From NCBI RefSeq assembly GCF_046119375.1, contig NW_027362768.1:46190001-46254000 (forward strand): a stretch of 64,000 nt of DNA, read 5' to 3'. The position numbers and the translations under genes were made by a program. The stretch is from Phyllobates terribilis. Lineage: Eukaryota. Positions 1-11,049 of this stretch are shown piece by piece. Each line of letters opens with the position of its first letter. The stretch's first letter is position 1. The notes under the pieces were generated by a model. The model did no database searches, was not told the DNA's origin, and saw only the letters and a list, made by a program, of their open reading frames with translations.

Positions 1-77
1 CAGTACACTGGTTGATAGGTACAGGTATGGAAAGCAGCTTATAGCAATGACTGCAGCATTTTTGTGGAGTGTGAGAT

Positions 78-361
78 TGTTAGCAGAGGATTAATCCGCG
101 TGACATCCAGAGTTTAGAACACAGAATGTAGGTTTATTCATATCCAGCATAGGCACAGCATGGAGTCTGGTGTTACTGCAGCATGAGGAAATCAAAATAC
201 ATATAACAACAACACAGGAAGAGAAGGAGGGGGCATCCTGTCTGTGTGTTTTTTTTTTTTTTTAACTAAACTTTGTTAACAACCTCACAATATATACAAA
301 ATATGAAACAGCACAGTAGTTGTTGCAATACACATACAGATCAATATGTATTATTCCAACA
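78..361 (-). repeat. copia 3' LTR (284 bp)
   Basis: TGTTAGCAG...TTCCAACA; matches 11050-11332 with about 6 substitutions and a 1-nt poly-T difference. Adjacent PPT reads GAGTGGGGG on minus (362-370). Confidence 0.96.
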
Positions 362-379
362 CCCCCACTCAACAACTAC

Positions 380-2296
380 TTATCCTCTTAGTCCCATTGT
401 GGTTCTCAATTCTTGGAACCTAGCTCGTGGCAATGGCTTTGTCAGCTACCATCTTATAAGTTTCACAATAGACAAACTGAATTATGCCACGATCTATCAA
501 ATCACGTAGATGATGATGTCTGACGTCAATGTGCTTGGTTCTAGCACTGATCTTTTCACTGCATTCAAGTTTAATGCATCCTTGGTTGTTCTCATAAATC
601 ACCGTCGGCTGAGTTGTCGGTTTGCCAAGATCGTCCATCAATTGTCTTAGCCAAACAACCTCCTGGCTTGCATAGGCTGCGGACACATACTCCGCTTCTG
701 TAGATGACAAGGCAACAGACACTTGTTTCCTACTAGACCAGGAGATTGAACTTTCTCTAACTTCAAACAAGTATCCACTTGTGGATTTACGATCACGCGA
801 ATCACCAGCCCAATCCGCATCTACATAGCCGGTAAGTTCTAGATCTCCTGCTGCAGATAGCTTTAAATTTACATCTTGCGTTTCTTTCAAATATCGGAGA
901 AGTCTCTTAACGGCATTCCAGTCTCTTTGGCGCGGTTTTTCCACATATCAGAAAAGGATTCCAACTGTTGTTGTGATATCCAGTCGAGTCATAGTTGATA
1001 TGTATAGAAGTGCCCCCACTGCCTGACGATATTTCTCATTGTTAGGCAACAGGTCATTTTCTCCTTCCAGCTTCAGGTAGGATGGTTCCATTGGGGTTGA
1101 TATACCTTTGGCCTCTGACATTTTAAACTGATTCAGAATCAAATTAATTTTTGCACTTTGGTTTAGAAGAAAACTTCCATCTTCCTCTCTCTGGATTTGG
1201 ATTCCTAGATAATATGTCACACTTCCAAGGTCTTTTGTTTCAAAGTGCTGATTCAGAATTTCAGTCATTTTTCCAATTTCTGCGTCGTCTTGATGAACAA
1301 CAATCACGTCATCCACATATAAGAGAATATACATCCACTTCCCATCTGTATATTTTGTGTATAAGCATGGATCTGCTTGACCTCTTTTAAATCCTTCTTC
1401 CAACAAGACTTTATTCATCTTGGTGTTCCATGCTCTTGCTGATTGCTTAAGACCATAGAGAGATTTTTGTAGTTTGCAAACAAGATTCTCTTCACCTCTT
1501 TTTACATAACCTTCAGGTTGAGTCATGTATAAGTCCTCCTCAATGTCACCATTTAGAAAGGCAGTTTTTATATCCAAATGCCTGACATACATCTTTTGTA
1601 CAGCAGCTACAGCTAACAAAGCTCTGAACGTGGTCTGCTTAGCGACTGGAGGAAATGTAGCATCGTAATCTTCGCCATACTTTTGAGAATATCCTTTTGC
1701 GACCAACCTTGCTTTGAATCTGTGGACTTTACCTTCAGAGTCATATTTGGTTTTGAAGACCCACTTGCACTTGATTGCCTTTTTGCCCTGTGGTAGCTTG
1801 GTGAGTTTCCAAGTTTGGAGTTGATGAAGCGATTTGATTTCCTCATTAGCGGCATTGATCCACTTTGTTCTTTCATGGACAGGTAGTGCTTGCATTTCAT
1901 CCCATGACTGAGGCTCTGACTCAGGTAGTGTCTTGACAATGTAGGATAGACATTTAGCTGGTATACCTTTGTTTGATCTTGACGATCACCTGATTTCAGA
2001 TTCACCTGACTTTTCTGTTGTTCCTTCATTAGTTGAAGAATCCAGCCAGACCTCTACATCCTCCTTGTTGCTGTCTTGTAATTGTGACTTCAGCTGGACT
2101 ACTGGCGTGATGTCACAAAACTTGGGTGATACAAACTTCTCATCAATCACTACATCTCTACTTATTGTGATCTTGTTTGTTTCTGGGTGTAGAATCCTAT
2201 AACTTTTCTGGGTTTCGCTGTAGCCTACCAGGATACCTTCCTTAGCGTGAGATTCCCACTTAGTTCGCTTTTCTTTGGGAACATGTACAAATGCTT
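380..2296 (-). pseudogene. copia integrase C-terminus, RT and RNase H, 3' part of the polyprotein
   Basis: ORFs 1986..2420, 948..1895 (YVDD) and 420..944 (YVDADWAG) share one frame, split by TGA at 1986-1988 and 948-950. A small deletion in the ADxxTKPL motif shifts the last codons. Confidence 0.93.
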
Positions 2297-3522
2297 TGTA
2301 GCGTCGGCGTCCCTGCCCTCTGCTAGGCAGGGATGCTGTTCCCCTCACCTCTCTGCTCCGAGCCCGGCGTCCTCCTCCCGCTCTGCTGGCAGCGCGCGCT
2401 CCTTCCCGGCCACTGTGCATAGGGCGCGCGCGCGCTCCCTCCCTCTTTAAGGGGCCGCGCGCGCCGTCCTAAGGAGTCCCCGGCCAATGGCCGGAGGACT
2501 TCACCATATATAAGGCACCTCCTCCAAAATGGAGGTGCTCGAGCAATGTTGTTGCACTGTTCACTACTCTGCTTCAGCCCTCAGGTCCCGTTGCCAGTTA
2601 CCTGCCTGATTCCTGCCAGAGTCCTGCCAGTTTGCTGTCTGCCTGATATTCCTGCTACCTGCTTGCTAGCCTGAGGTCCGACGGTCTGCCTTCCTACTCC
2701 TGTCAGTCTGTCTATGGACCAGCTTGGCCGCTCACCTGGGAGCGCACATCTGCTACCTGCCTGCTAGCCTTCCTGGAGGCTCCGCCGTCACGTGCTGTGA
2801 CCACCTGCTATTCCAGAGACTCCTGCCCGCTCACCTGGGAGCGCTCCTCCGCTACCTGCCTGCTTGCCTACCTGGAGGCTCCGCCGTCACGTGCTGTGAC
2901 CACCTGCTATTCCAGAGACTCTTGCCCGCTCACCTGGGAGCGCTCATCTGCTACCTGTCTGTTGGTCTTCCTGGAGGCTCCACCGTCACATGCTGTGACC
3001 ACCCGATTATCCAGAGACTCTCGCCTGCTCACCTGGGAGCTCATGTCTATCATCTGCTGCCACAGGTCGTACCAATCCTTTACCCAGAGACTGCCCCGGT
3101 CACTTGCCGTGACCTCCTGCCCGTTCATCCAGAGACTGCCCCGGTCACTTGCCGTGACCTCCTGCCCGTTCATCCAGAGACTGCCCCGGTCACTTGCCGT
3201 GACCTCCTGCCCGTTCATCCAGAGACTGCCCCGGTCACTTGCCGTGACCTCCTGCCCGTTCATCCAGAGAGTGCCCCGGTCACTTGCCGTGACCTCCTGC
3301 CCGTTCATCCAGAGACTGCCCCGGTCACTTGCCGTGACCTCCTGCCCGTTCATCCAGAGACTGCCCCGGTCACTTGCCGTGACCTCCTGTCCGTTCATTC
3401 AGAGACTGTCCCAGTCACCTGCTGTGACTGCCTGCCCGTCTACCCTGGTCGCCACCCGCTCCCTTACAAGGACCGCCCTCTTGTATAGTAGCTCAGAGGT
3501 TCCGCCTCCCAGACCCGTTACA
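2297..3522 (+). repeat. gypsy 5' LTR (1226 bp)
   Basis: Direct repeat of 7724-8998; GC-rich U3, TATATAA box, internal 99-bp and 45-bp arrays. Confidence 0.97.
2730..3440 (+). repeat. LTR-internal tandem arrays: three 99-bp units plus a partial, then eight 45-bp units
   Basis: 99-bp unit starts at 2730, 2829, 2928 and 3027; 45-bp units CATCCAGAGACTGCCCCGGTCACTTGCCGTGACCTCCTGCCCGTT run 3081-3440. Confidence 0.95.
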
Positions 3523-3524
3523 GT

Positions 3525-3534
3525 TTGCTCGGGC
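3525..3534 (+). promoter_or_regulatory. Putative self-priming PBS (TTGCTCGGGC)
   Basis: Exact reverse complement of GCCCGAGCAA, which starts 30 nt after the start of the LTR TATA box (7968-7977; GCTCGAGCAA at 2537-2546). No TGG-type tRNA PBS is present. Confidence 0.75.
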
Positions 3535-3535
3535 C

Positions 3536-4474
3536 ATGGAACCCGGTGGCCCCCAAGCTCCCTCGCTCTCGGACCTCTGTCATGAACTGTCCCGTCAGAG
3601 GTCCCAACAGGAGTCCATCCTGGGTCACCTGCGGAATGTCAATTCTCGCCTGGACACTCTGACTGCTCCACCAGCAACCACCGCCAGTGCCATGACTCGC
3701 AACCCGGCAGCTCCGCTGCCCACCAATACCATGGTATCCTACCCCGGATCCCGGCTTTCTGCACCTCCTCGCTTCGGAGGCGACTCCGCCCAGGCTCGGG
3801 GCTTCATAAATCAGTGCACCCTGCACTTTGAACTCCTGTCCCACCAGTTCAACTCCGACCGGGCCAAAATTGCCTTCATCATGTCCCATCTCACCGGGGA
3901 GGCCCTGGCCTGGCTAAATCCTCTATGGGAGAGAGGAGACCCCCTGGTGTCCGACTTGCCTGCCTTTCTCATGGCTTTCCGGAAAGTCTTCGACGAACCC
4001 GGACGGAAGACCTCATCCGCATCATCTCTGCTACGCCTCCGTCAGGGAAGTCTCACCGTGTGCCAATATGCCATACGGTTCCGTACCCTTGCCTCGGAGC
4101 TGGCCTGGGATAACGACGCTCTGGTATCCGTCTTCTGGGAGGGTCTGTCCGGCCGTATTAAAGATGAACTTGCCGGTCGGGACATTCCTACCACTCTCGA
4201 TGACCTAATAACTCTTGCCACCCGGATTGACCTACGGTTCCAGGAGCGTGCCAAAGAGGTCACCCGTGAGAGGAGGTTTCCACGTCTAGCTCCTACTTTT
4301 CAGAAATCCGTCTCTCCCCAGGTACACTCTCCTGAGCCTATGCAGATCGACCAGACCAAGATGGTCAAAACCCGTCAGGACTTACGCCGTGCCGAAGGGA
4401 GCTGCTTCTACTGTGGCAGTAAGGAGCACCGGATCCATACCTGCCCGGAGAGTTCCGGAAACGCCTGTGTCTAG
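3536..4474 (+). CDS. gag: gypsy Gag (312 aa)
   Basis: ATG 13 nt after the LTR; retrotransposon gag region (PPRFGGD..RGFINQC, LRQGSLTVCQYAIRF) and CFYCGSKEHRIHTC knuckle. Confidence 0.95.
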   Translation: MEPGGPQAPSLSDLCHELSRQRSQQESILGHLRNVNSRLDTLTAPPATTASAMTRNPAAPLPTNTMVSYPGSRLSAPPRFGGDSAQARGFINQCTLHFELLSHQFNSDRAKIAFIMSHLTGEALAWLNPLWERGDPLVSDLPAFLMAFRKVFDEPGRKTSSASSLLRLRQGSLTVCQYAIRFRTLASELAWDNDALVSVFWEGLSGRIKDELAGRDIPTTLDDLITLATRIDLRFQERAKEVTRERRFPRLAPTFQKSVSPQVHSPEPMQIDQTKMVKTRQDLRRAEGSCFYCGSKEHRIHTCPESSGNACV

Positions 4475-4488
4475 GTTTGCTCAGATAG

Positions 4489-7400
4489 GTCAACCTAGAC
4501 AAGAATAAATACTCTCCATCTCTGCTACTGTCAGTCTCTATTATCTGCGGGGAGAATCGTTATTTCGAACTAGCCCAACTTGACTCTGGAGCGGCCGGGA
4601 ATCTTATCTCACAGTCCCTGGTAGGAAAATACCGCATTCCCACCAAACCTCTGGCTGTACCATTATCTGTCGCTGCTGTGGATGGGGGCCTCTTACCACG
4701 TCCCATCCAACTCATCACCGAATCCGTAACTCTGCAGGTGGGAATGCTGCATTCTGAGAGCATCTCTTTTCATGTTCTGCCTGGACTCTCTCACGCCCTC
4801 TTACTAGGTCTACCCTGGCTCCAGAGACATGCACCCGTGCTTGACTGGCAGACCGGAGAAGTCCTTCGCTGGGGACAGGACTGTCATAAGACTTGTTTGG
4901 TTCCTGTTCATCCCGTCGGTCCTTCTCCTACCCCAACTAATCTACCTGGACTTCCGATTCCCTATTGGTCATTTGCTGATGTCTTTAATAAAAAGGAGGC
5001 AGAGACATTACCCCCTCATAGACCATACGACTGTCCTATCGACCTGTTACCCGGTACTACTCCTCCCCGTGGGCGTATTTACCCATTGTCCGCTGCTGAG
5101 ACCCGGTCGATGTCCGAATATATTGAGGAGAATTTGGCCAGGGGATTCATCCGGAAATCTACCTCCCCGGCGGGAGCAGGCTTCTTCTTCGTAAAAAAGA
5201 AGGACGGCTCTCTCAGTCCCTGTATAGACTATAGAGGCCTTAACCAGATCACGGTGAAGAATAAGTACCCCCTTCCGCTCATTCCAGAATTATTTGATCG
5301 CCTGAGGGGGGCTAGAGTCTTCTCCAAACTGGACCTCCGTGGGGCGTACAACCTGGTCCGTATCCGTCAAGGGGATGAATGGAAGACTGCATTCAACACC
5401 CGGGACGGCCACTATGAATATCTGGTAATGCCCTTTGGTCTCTGTAACGCTCCTGCCGTCTTTCAAGAGTTGGTCAATGACATCTTCCGGGACCTTCTCT
5501 ACTCCTGCGTTGTGGTGTACCTGGACGACATCTTGGTCTTCTCTCCGGATCTCCAGACTCACCGGAGGGACGTTCGTCAGGTCCTGCTCAGGCTCATGCA
5601 GAACCACCTCTTCGCTAAATATGAGAAGTGCCTCTTTGAGCAGACCTCGCTTCCGTTTTTGGGCTACATTATTTCTCAGACCGGCCTACGAATGGATCCA
5701 GAGAAACTGTCTGCCATCGAGAAATGGCCCCGACCGGAGGGGTTGAAGGCCATTCAGCGGTTCCTGGGCTTCGCCAACTACTACCGCCTCTTCATACCGC
5801 ACTTCTCTTCCCGGACTGCCCCAATTTCCGCGCTCACCCGTAAGGGTACTAATCCCAAAGAGTGGCCGCCCGAAGCAGAGGAGGCCTTTCTTTCCTTAAA
5901 ACAGGCCTTCTCTTCCGCCCCGGTGCTGCATCGTCCGGACGGCAACAAGCAGTTCTTTCTGGAGGTTGACGCCTCCTCCTCTGGAGCCGGAGCTGTACTT
6001 ACTCAAAAATCTTCTTCCGGGAGGATGGTAACTTGCGGCTTCTTCTCCAAACTCTTCTCCTCTTCTGAGCGCAATTATTCCATAGGAGACCGAGAGTTAT
6101 TGGCCATCAAGCTGGCATTGGAGGAGTGGCGTTACGTACTCGAGGGGGCTCTTCATCCGGTTATAATTTACACTGACCACAAGAACTTGGCTTATCTCCA
6201 GCATGCCCAGAGACTTAATCCGCGCCAAGCCCGGTGGTCCTTGTTTTTTGCTCGCTTTGATTTTGTTCTACATTTTCGCCCGGCTGACAAGAACATCAAA
6301 GCAGACGCCTTGTCCCGATCCTTTCTGGTATCTGATCTCGAGGAAGAACCTAAACATATCATCGATCCCACCAGAGTAATGCAGGTGGCTCCCGTGAGTC
6401 TAAATCGTCTCCCTCCCGGTAAGACGTTCGTATCGGTACCTGATCGGGAGAAGATCCTACACTGGGGTCATTCGTCTAAACTAGCTGGCCACGCCAGTCA
6501 GAAAAAGACCCCCCAGCTTATTTCCCGGCACTACTGGTGGCCTAACCTGCGCAAGGATGTAATAGACTTTGTTTCTGCCTGTGTGTCCTGTGCCCTCAAC
6601 AAAGTTCCGAGACACCTGCCAGCCGGTCGCCTTCTTCCTCTGCCAGTACCTGCTGCCCCCTGGCAGCATATAGCGATGGACTTCATAACTGATCTTCCCG
6701 TCTCTGCCGGTTGTACGGTCATTTGGGTGGTCGCTGACCGCTTTTCCAAGATGGCTCACTTCATTCCCCTGCCAGGCCTCCCGTCTGAACCCGAGCTGGC
6801 TAAAGACTTTATCCGCCACATCTTCCGTCTTCATGGCCTGCCCCGTCACATCGTGTCGGATCGTGGGGTACAGTTCACTTCTCGTTTCTGGAGAGCCACT
6901 TGTAAATTGCTAGACGTCACCCTGGACTTCTCCTCCGCTTACCACCCACAGTCTAATGGTCAAGTGGAGCGGATCAATCAGATCCTGACCAGTTACCTCC
7001 GGCACTTCGTTAATGCCCACCATTCTGACCGGGTGGATCTCCTGCCATGGGCCGAATTCTCGTACAACAATCACGAGAGCGAATCTTCCTCCAAATCCCC
7101 GTTTTTTGTAGTCTTCGGTCAGCATCCTCGGATCCCGTTTCCCGTCTCCACCTCGGTGGACAATCCGGCTGCGGAATCTCTTGTTAACAAATTTTCCTCC
7201 ACATGGGAGAGTACCCGGTCCGCACTCCTTCTGTCATCCGAGCGTATGAAAAGACATGCTGACAAAAAACGTCTGGATCCTCCTCAATTCCGTCCAGGGG
7301 ATAAGGTCTGGCTCTCGTCCAAGTATGTCCGGCTCAAGATTCCTTCCTATAAGTTAGGGCCTCGGTTCATCGGTCCTCTGGAGGTCATCAGTCAGATCAA

Positions 7401-7728
7401 CCCGGTGGCCTATAAATTGAAACTCCCGGCCAACTTGCGGATCCCTAACTCCTTCCATGTATCTCTCCTCAAACCTGTGGTACTTAACTCTTTTTCCAAG
7501 TCTACAGGCACGCCTCCTGCTCCGGTTTCCGCTGAAAACGAATTTGAGGTAGAGAACATTCTGGCCACCAAAAGGGTAAGAGGGAAGACCTTTTTTCTAG
7601 TAGATTGGAAGGGGTTTGGTCCTGAAGAGAGAACGTGGGAGCCCCGGGAGAACATCCATGCCCCTCTCATCCTTGCTAAATTTCTGTCTGGCCTAAAAAA
7701 GGGGGGCCTAAAGGGGGGGGTACTGTAG
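4489..7728 (+). CDS. pol: gypsy Pol (PR-RT-RH-IN-chromodomain), -1 frame relative to gag
   Basis: Frame open from 4489, upstream of the called start at 4678: LDSGAAGNLI protease (DSG 4582-4590), YLDD, EVDASS, HIAMDFIT, GPRF, C-terminal chromodomain. The stop lies in the first 5 nt of the 3' LTR; an in-frame TAG at 4486-4488 precedes the ORF. Confidence 0.95.
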   Translation, partial: VNLDKNKYSPSLLLSVSIICGENRYFELAQLDSGAAGNLISQSLVGKYRIPTKPLAVPLSVAAVDGGLLPRPIQLITESVTLQVGMLHSESISFHVLPGLSHALLLGLPWLQRHAPVLDWQTGEVLRWGQDCHKTCLVPVHPVGPSPTPTNLPGLPIPYWSFADVFNKKEAETLPPHRPYDCPIDLLPGTTPPRGRIYPLSAAETRSMSEYIEENLARGFIRKSTSPAGAGFFFVKKKDGSLSPCIDYRGLNQITVKNKYPLPLIPELFDRLRGARVFSKLDLRGAYNLVRIRQGDEWKTAFNTRDGHYEYLVMPFGLCNAPAVFQELVNDIFRDLLYSCVVVYLDDILVFSPDLQTHRRDVRQVLLRLMQNHLFAKYEKCLFEQTSLPFLGYIISQTGLRMDPEKLSAIEKWPRPEGLKAIQRFLGFANYYRLFIPHFSSRTAPISALTRKGTNPKEWPPEAEEAFLSLKQAFSSAPVLHRPDGNKQFFLEVDASSSGAGAVLTQKSSSGRMVTCGFFSKLFSSSERNYSIGDRELLAIKLALEEWRYVLEGALHPVIIYTDHKNLAYLQHAQRLNPRQARWSLFFARFDFVLHFRPADKNIKADALSRSFLVSDLEEEPKHIIDPTRVMQVAPVSLNRLPPGKTFVSVPDREKILHWGHSSKLAGHASQKKTPQLISRHYWWPNLRKDVIDFVSACVSCALNKVPRHLPAGRLLPLPVPAAPWQHIAMDFITDLPVSAGCTVIWVVADRFSKMAHFIPLPGLPSEPELAKDFIRHIFRLHGLPRHIVSDRGVQFTSRFWRATCKLLDVTLDFSSAYHPQSNGQVERINQILTSYLRHFVNAHHSDRVDLLPWAEFSYNNHESESSSKSPFFVVFGQHPRIPFPVSTSVDNPAAESLVNKFSSTWESTRSALLLSSERMKRHADKKRLDPPQFRPGDKVWLSSKYVRLKIPSYKLGPRFIGPLEVISQINPVAYKLKLPANLRIPNSFHVSLLKPVVLNSFSKSTGTPPAPVSAENEFEVENILATKRVRGKTFFLVDWKGFGPEERTWEPRENIHAPLILAKFLSGLKKGGLKGGVL

Positions 7729-8998
7729 CGTCGGCGTCCGTGCCCTCTGCTAGGCAGGTACGCTGTTCCCCTCACCTCTCTGCTCCGAGCCCGGCGTCCT
7801 CCTCCCGCTCTGCTGGCAGCGCGCGCTCCTTCCCGGCCACTGTGCTTAGGGCGCGCGCGCGCCCGCTCCCTCCCTCTTAAAGGGGCCGCACGCACCATCC
7901 TAAGGAGTCCCCGGCCAATGGCCGGAGGACTTCACCATATATAAGGCACCTCCTCCAAAATGGAGGTGCCCGAGCAATGTTGTTGCACTGTTCACTACTC
8001 TGCTTCAGCCCTCAGGTCCCGTTGCCAGTTACCTGCCTGATTCCTGCCAGAGTCCTGCCAGTTTGCTGTCTGCCTGATATTCCTGCTACCTGCTTGCTAG
8101 CCTGAGGTCCGACGGTCTGCCTTCCTACTCCTGTCAGTCTGTCTATGGACCAGCTTGGCCGCTCACCTGGGAGCGCACATCTGCTACCTGCCTGCTAGCC
8201 TTCCTGGAGGCTCCGCCGTCACGTGCTGTGACCACCTGCTATTCCAGAGACTCCTGCCCGCTCACCTGGGAGCGCTCCTCCGCTACCTGCCTGCTAGCCT
8301 ACCTGGAGGCTCTGCCGTCACGTGCTGTGACCACCTGCTATTCCAGAGACTCTTGCCCGCTCACCTGGGAGCGCTCATCTGCTACCTGTCTGTTGGTCTT
8401 CCTGGAGGCTCCGCCGTCACATGCTGTGACCACCCGATTATCCAGAGACTCTCGCCTGCTCACCTGGGAGCTCACGTCTATCATCTGCCGCCACAGGTCG
8501 TACCAATCCTTTACCCAGAGACTGCCCCGGTCACTTGCCGTGACCTCCTGCCCGTTCATCCAGAGACTGCCCCGGTCACTTGCCGTGACCTCCTGCCCGT
8601 TCATCCAGAGACTGCCCCGGTCACTTGCCGTGACCTCCTGCCCGTTCATCCAGAGACTGCCCCGGTCACTTGCCGTGACCTCCTGCCCGTTCATCCAGAG
8701 ACTGCCCCGGTCACTTGCCGTGACCTCCTGCCCGTTCATCCAGAGACTGCCCCGGTCACTTGCCGTGACCTCCTGCCCGTTCATCCAGAGACTGCCCCGG
8801 TCACTTGCCGTGACCTCCTGCCCGTTCATCCAGAGACTGCCCCGGTCACTTGCCGTGACCTCCTGTCCGTTCATTCAGAGACTGTCCCAGTCACCTGCTG
8901 TGACTGCCTGCCCGTCTACCCTGGTCGCCACCCGCTCCCTTACAAGGACCGCCCCCTTGTATAGTAGCTCAGAGGTTCCGCCTCCCAGACCCGTTACA
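7724..8998 (+). repeat. gypsy 3' LTR (1275 bp)
   Basis: 49 bp longer than the 5' LTR (one extra 45-bp unit plus a 4-bp insertion); TATATAA at 7938-7944. Confidence 0.97.
8161..8916 (+). repeat. Same arrays in the 3' LTR, with nine 45-bp units
   Basis: 45-bp units run 8512-8916; the ORF across the array is 15 aa longer than in the 5' LTR. Confidence 0.93.
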
Positions 8999-9003
8999 TG
9001 CTT

Positions 9004-10942
9004 TACGTCCGAATATTCTTATGTGATGTAGTTTTGGCTTTCTGCTATTCCATTGCTCAAATGGAGTTTTCTCTGTAGCTTTACCTGGTAGTCTGTTCTG
9101 AAGATAGCAAGCTGTTATGATTTCTTCACCCCAATATGCTCTGGGCAGATTTGCATCAAATAACATGCTTCTTCCACTTTCACATAGTGTTCGGTTCCTT
9201 CTTTCCGCGACACCATTTTGCTCTGGGTTATACGGTACATTGGTCTGAAATAGGATTCCATTTTTCTTTAAAATGCTCTGTGTCTCATTACTTGTATATT
9301 CAGTCCCATTATCTGCACGTAGAATCTTTGGCATTCTTCCAAATTTATTATATACTTCAGCTAGGTATATTTCAAGTTTCTCTGGAACTTCCTTCTTGCT
9401 GTGAAGCAGGTGGACAACTGTGTATCTTGAGTGATCATCAATAAATGTGAGAAAATATCTCTTCTTCCCTGGAGTCAGAGTGCTCATTGGTCCACAGACA
9501 TCTGTGTGTATTAAATCTAGTGGCTGTGCTGTTGTTGTACTAATTCTCTTAGGAAAAGCTTTCCTAGACATTTTCCCTTTGATGCAGCTAGTACACTTCA
9601 TTGTCTGGTTACATAGATCAATTGTAATATCCTCAGCTAGTTGCTTTTGGACTAACTTTCTTACTGCTTCTGGGTCTCTGTGTGCCAGACGCCTATGCCA
9701 CACATGAATACAGTTTTTATGCTCTTCTTGTTGTGCTGTATACACACACTCTTTGCATTTCAGCTGATAAAGTTCATCTGTGATGTTTCCCTCTGCTAGT
9801 GTGTGACCTTCCTTTGAGATGATGCAGCTATCATGCTTAAATGTAACTTCATTTCCTTGTTTTGTGAGTTTCTTCACAGATAGTAGATTACTTTCAAGAC
9901 TAGGCACATACAGCACATCCTTTACTGGGATCTTCCTGCTTTGTGTTGGTGAGATTTGACAATCAATATAACCATCTCCTATGCCTTCTGAAGTCATGTA
10001 ATGACCATTAGCCATAATCACTTTCTCTGATTTACCTTGGTCAAGCTTAGAAAAGAAGTCTCTGTTATTAGTCATGTGACTAGTTGCTCCAGAGTCTATA
10101 CACCATGCATGCTTTGATGTATTTGCACTGACAGTAAATGCAGTTTCAGTATTCACAGAATCATTTTCTCCAGATACAGCACTTTTAACCCTTTGATGAC
10201 TGCTTTGCTTTTTCAGCTGATTCATTCTAGCTTTCCAGACTCTGCAGTCAGCTTTCAAATGTCCTGATTTCTTGCAAACAAAACATTTACATGTTTCTTT
10301 TATATGCTTCCTGTTATCAGTTAGGTTTTGTGTCTGTAAAGCAGATTCTGTGTTGCATGTCCTACTGTTTACACCTTCTGCCTTTCGCTTATATTCATCT
10401 ATGAGCTTCCCCCTGACATACTCCAGTGTAAGCTCATCATCTGGACGCGCATCTAGTGCGGTTACAAGCGTATCAAAGCTCTCTGGAAGGCCACTAAGCA
10501 GTAATGCGGCCACATGAAAGTCCTTTAGATCTTCCCCAATGCCTCTCAGGCGTTCTACAACTTCCAGAACACTTCTTATGTAATCCTGCATATCCTGGCC
10601 TTTCTGTAGCTTAGACTGGTACAGCTTTCTCATGAGATAGAGCTTATTGCTTAAATTTATCCTCTCATGTACCTTTTGCAACTGCTCCCACATTTCCTTT
10701 GCAGTTTTACATTTACAAACATGCACAATCTGGTCATCATCTATACTGAGTGATATGGTACTTTGTGCTTTCTGATCCATCTCTGTCCACTCCTGTGGCA
10801 CTGGGTCAGGTTTAGGCTCCTGTGTGTATTTCCACATACCTTCTCTTATCAGCAGCATTTTCACTTTGAATTTCCAGGATTGATAATTCTGGTTAGTGAG
10901 ACTTGGCACTGTAAATTTCATGGAGCTGCTGCTGGTGGCCAT
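9004..10942 (-). pseudogene. copia gag-protease-integrase, 5' part of the polyprotein, cut by the gypsy insertion
   Basis: ORF 8969..10942: YQSWKFKVKMLL gag start, CFVCKKSGHLKADC knuckle, WCIDSGATSHM protease, HVWHRRLAH and CTSCIKGK integrase Zn finger, IHTDVCGP and LRADNGTEY core. Confidence 0.95.
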
Positions 10943-11035
10943 CTTTGCTTCTTCTCAGTTTGCTGTCTTTCTTTCTTTTCTTCCCTCTGTGTTCTGGGGA
11001 TCTGTGACTCTGTGACTCTGGGGACTCTGGTACAT

Positions 11036-11049
11036 CTGGGCCCATAACC
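11036..11049 (-). promoter_or_regulatory. Primer-binding site for an internal (half-molecule) tRNA-iMet primer
   Basis: Minus strand GGTTATGGGCCCAG directly after the LTR, complementary to the tRNA-iMet anticodon-arm sequence CTGGGCCCATAACC, as in Drosophila copia. Confidence 0.88.

Larger units (their letters stand above)
2297..8998 (+). mobile_element. Ty3/gypsy chromovirus (sushi/Tf1-like), full length, nested in the copia integrase
   Basis: LTRs 2297-3522 and 7724-8998 (TGTAGC...GTTACA); TSD TGCTT at 2292-2296 and 8999-9003; gag, pol with chromodomain; PPT at 7710-7720. Confidence 0.98.

Noticed and set aside
3081-3440. CRISPR-like appearance of the regular repeats
   Set aside because: Units are contiguous with no unique spacers, there are no cas genes, and the context is a eukaryotic LTR.
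2724-3585. 254-269-aa repetitive ORFs in both gypsy LTRs, including 8155..9031 and the antisense frames
   Set aside because: They start at TTG/GTG and are open because the 99- and 45-bp units are multiples of 3 and stop-poor. The only nearby ATG (2714) closes after 17 codons.
4829-7125. Short alternative-frame and antisense ORFs over pol, and likewise over the CR1 and hAT genes
   Set aside because: Shadow ORFs of long coding sequences with no independent motifs.
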